Source: Macrostomum hystrix (Eukaryota > Animalia > Platyhelminthes). Taken from it: 64,000 nt of DNA. The number at the start of each line of letters is the position of its first letter. Position 1 is the first letter of the stretch. The notes beneath the pieces are model-generated. The model was given only the letters and a program-made list of their open reading frames with translations. It was not told the origin of the DNA and did not search any database. This document shows positions 63,774 through 64,000 of this stretch, in pieces. The stretch lies in the NCBI GenBank assembly GCA_950097015.1, contig CATNEN010000038.1, positions 3,038,001 through 3,102,000 on the forward strand, given 5' to 3'. Both the position numbers and the translations under genes were made by a program.

Positions 63774-64000
63774 TCAGTCGATGCGGTAGAGTTTAACTGT
63801 TCGGTCGCATTTATCTGCGCAAGTCACTAACAGAGAGCACGCGGGCAAATAGCACGCATCCAGGAGGCCGTCCCGATGTCCCAGCAGCTCCTGCAGCGGC
63901 TGTCCCGACAGGCCGTCCCAGAGGCGCGCTCGGCCATTCACATCGGCAGTGGCGAACCTTAGCCTAGCCGACGAACCCGAAGATGAAGCCGTCGGCAGCC
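63774..64000 (-). CDS. Terminal exon of a WD40-repeat protein (5' part outside window)
   Basis: Minus-strand translation RFATADVNGRARLWDGLSGQPLQELLGHRDGLLDACYLPACSLLVTCADKCDRTVKLYRID* has the GH...WD pattern. Not in the ORF track. Confidence 0.75.
   Translation of the reverse strand, partial: LPTASSSGSSARLRFATADVNGRARLWDGLSGQPLQELLGHRDGLLDACYLPACSLLVTCADKCDRTVKLYRID

Overview
Eukaryotic (animal) genomic DNA. GC-rich exons, minisatellite-filled introns and tRNA-SINEs suggest a free-living flatworm such as Macrostomum (inference only). Bases 1-21891 are a head-to-tail tandem array of a 12,627-bp autonomous rolling-circle transposon (Helentron/Helitron2-type): one copy cut by the window edge and one complete copy (9265-21891), joined exactly end to start. 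Each copy encodes a 4-exon, ~2211-aa protein: AT-hook/RRSxR low-complexity region, OTU cysteine protease, Zn-finger/DUF6570-like region, HUH Rep and PIF1 helicase, with no endonuclease. The ends carry asymmetric sub-terminal inverted repeats, hairpins and a CTAG 3' end, and the 5' region holds a twin RFX X-box palindrome. Host genes follow: CCDC65/DRC2 (5 exons, minus), a PCSK7-like proprotein convertase (9 exons, minus, with a truncated Gypsy LTR element and several different minisatellites in its introns), two orphan ORFs (repeat-rich; polyQ), and a minus-strand cluster at the right end (WD40 last exon, a coiled-coil gene with a UBAN-like motif, a small 2-exon gene with an X-box). Large satellites occupy 37.9-42.3 kb (9-bp unit) and 46.8-58.2 kb (28-bp unit with a 5096-bp higher-order duplication). 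Exon models were derived by hand from splice signals and reading-frame continuity; no database search was run.
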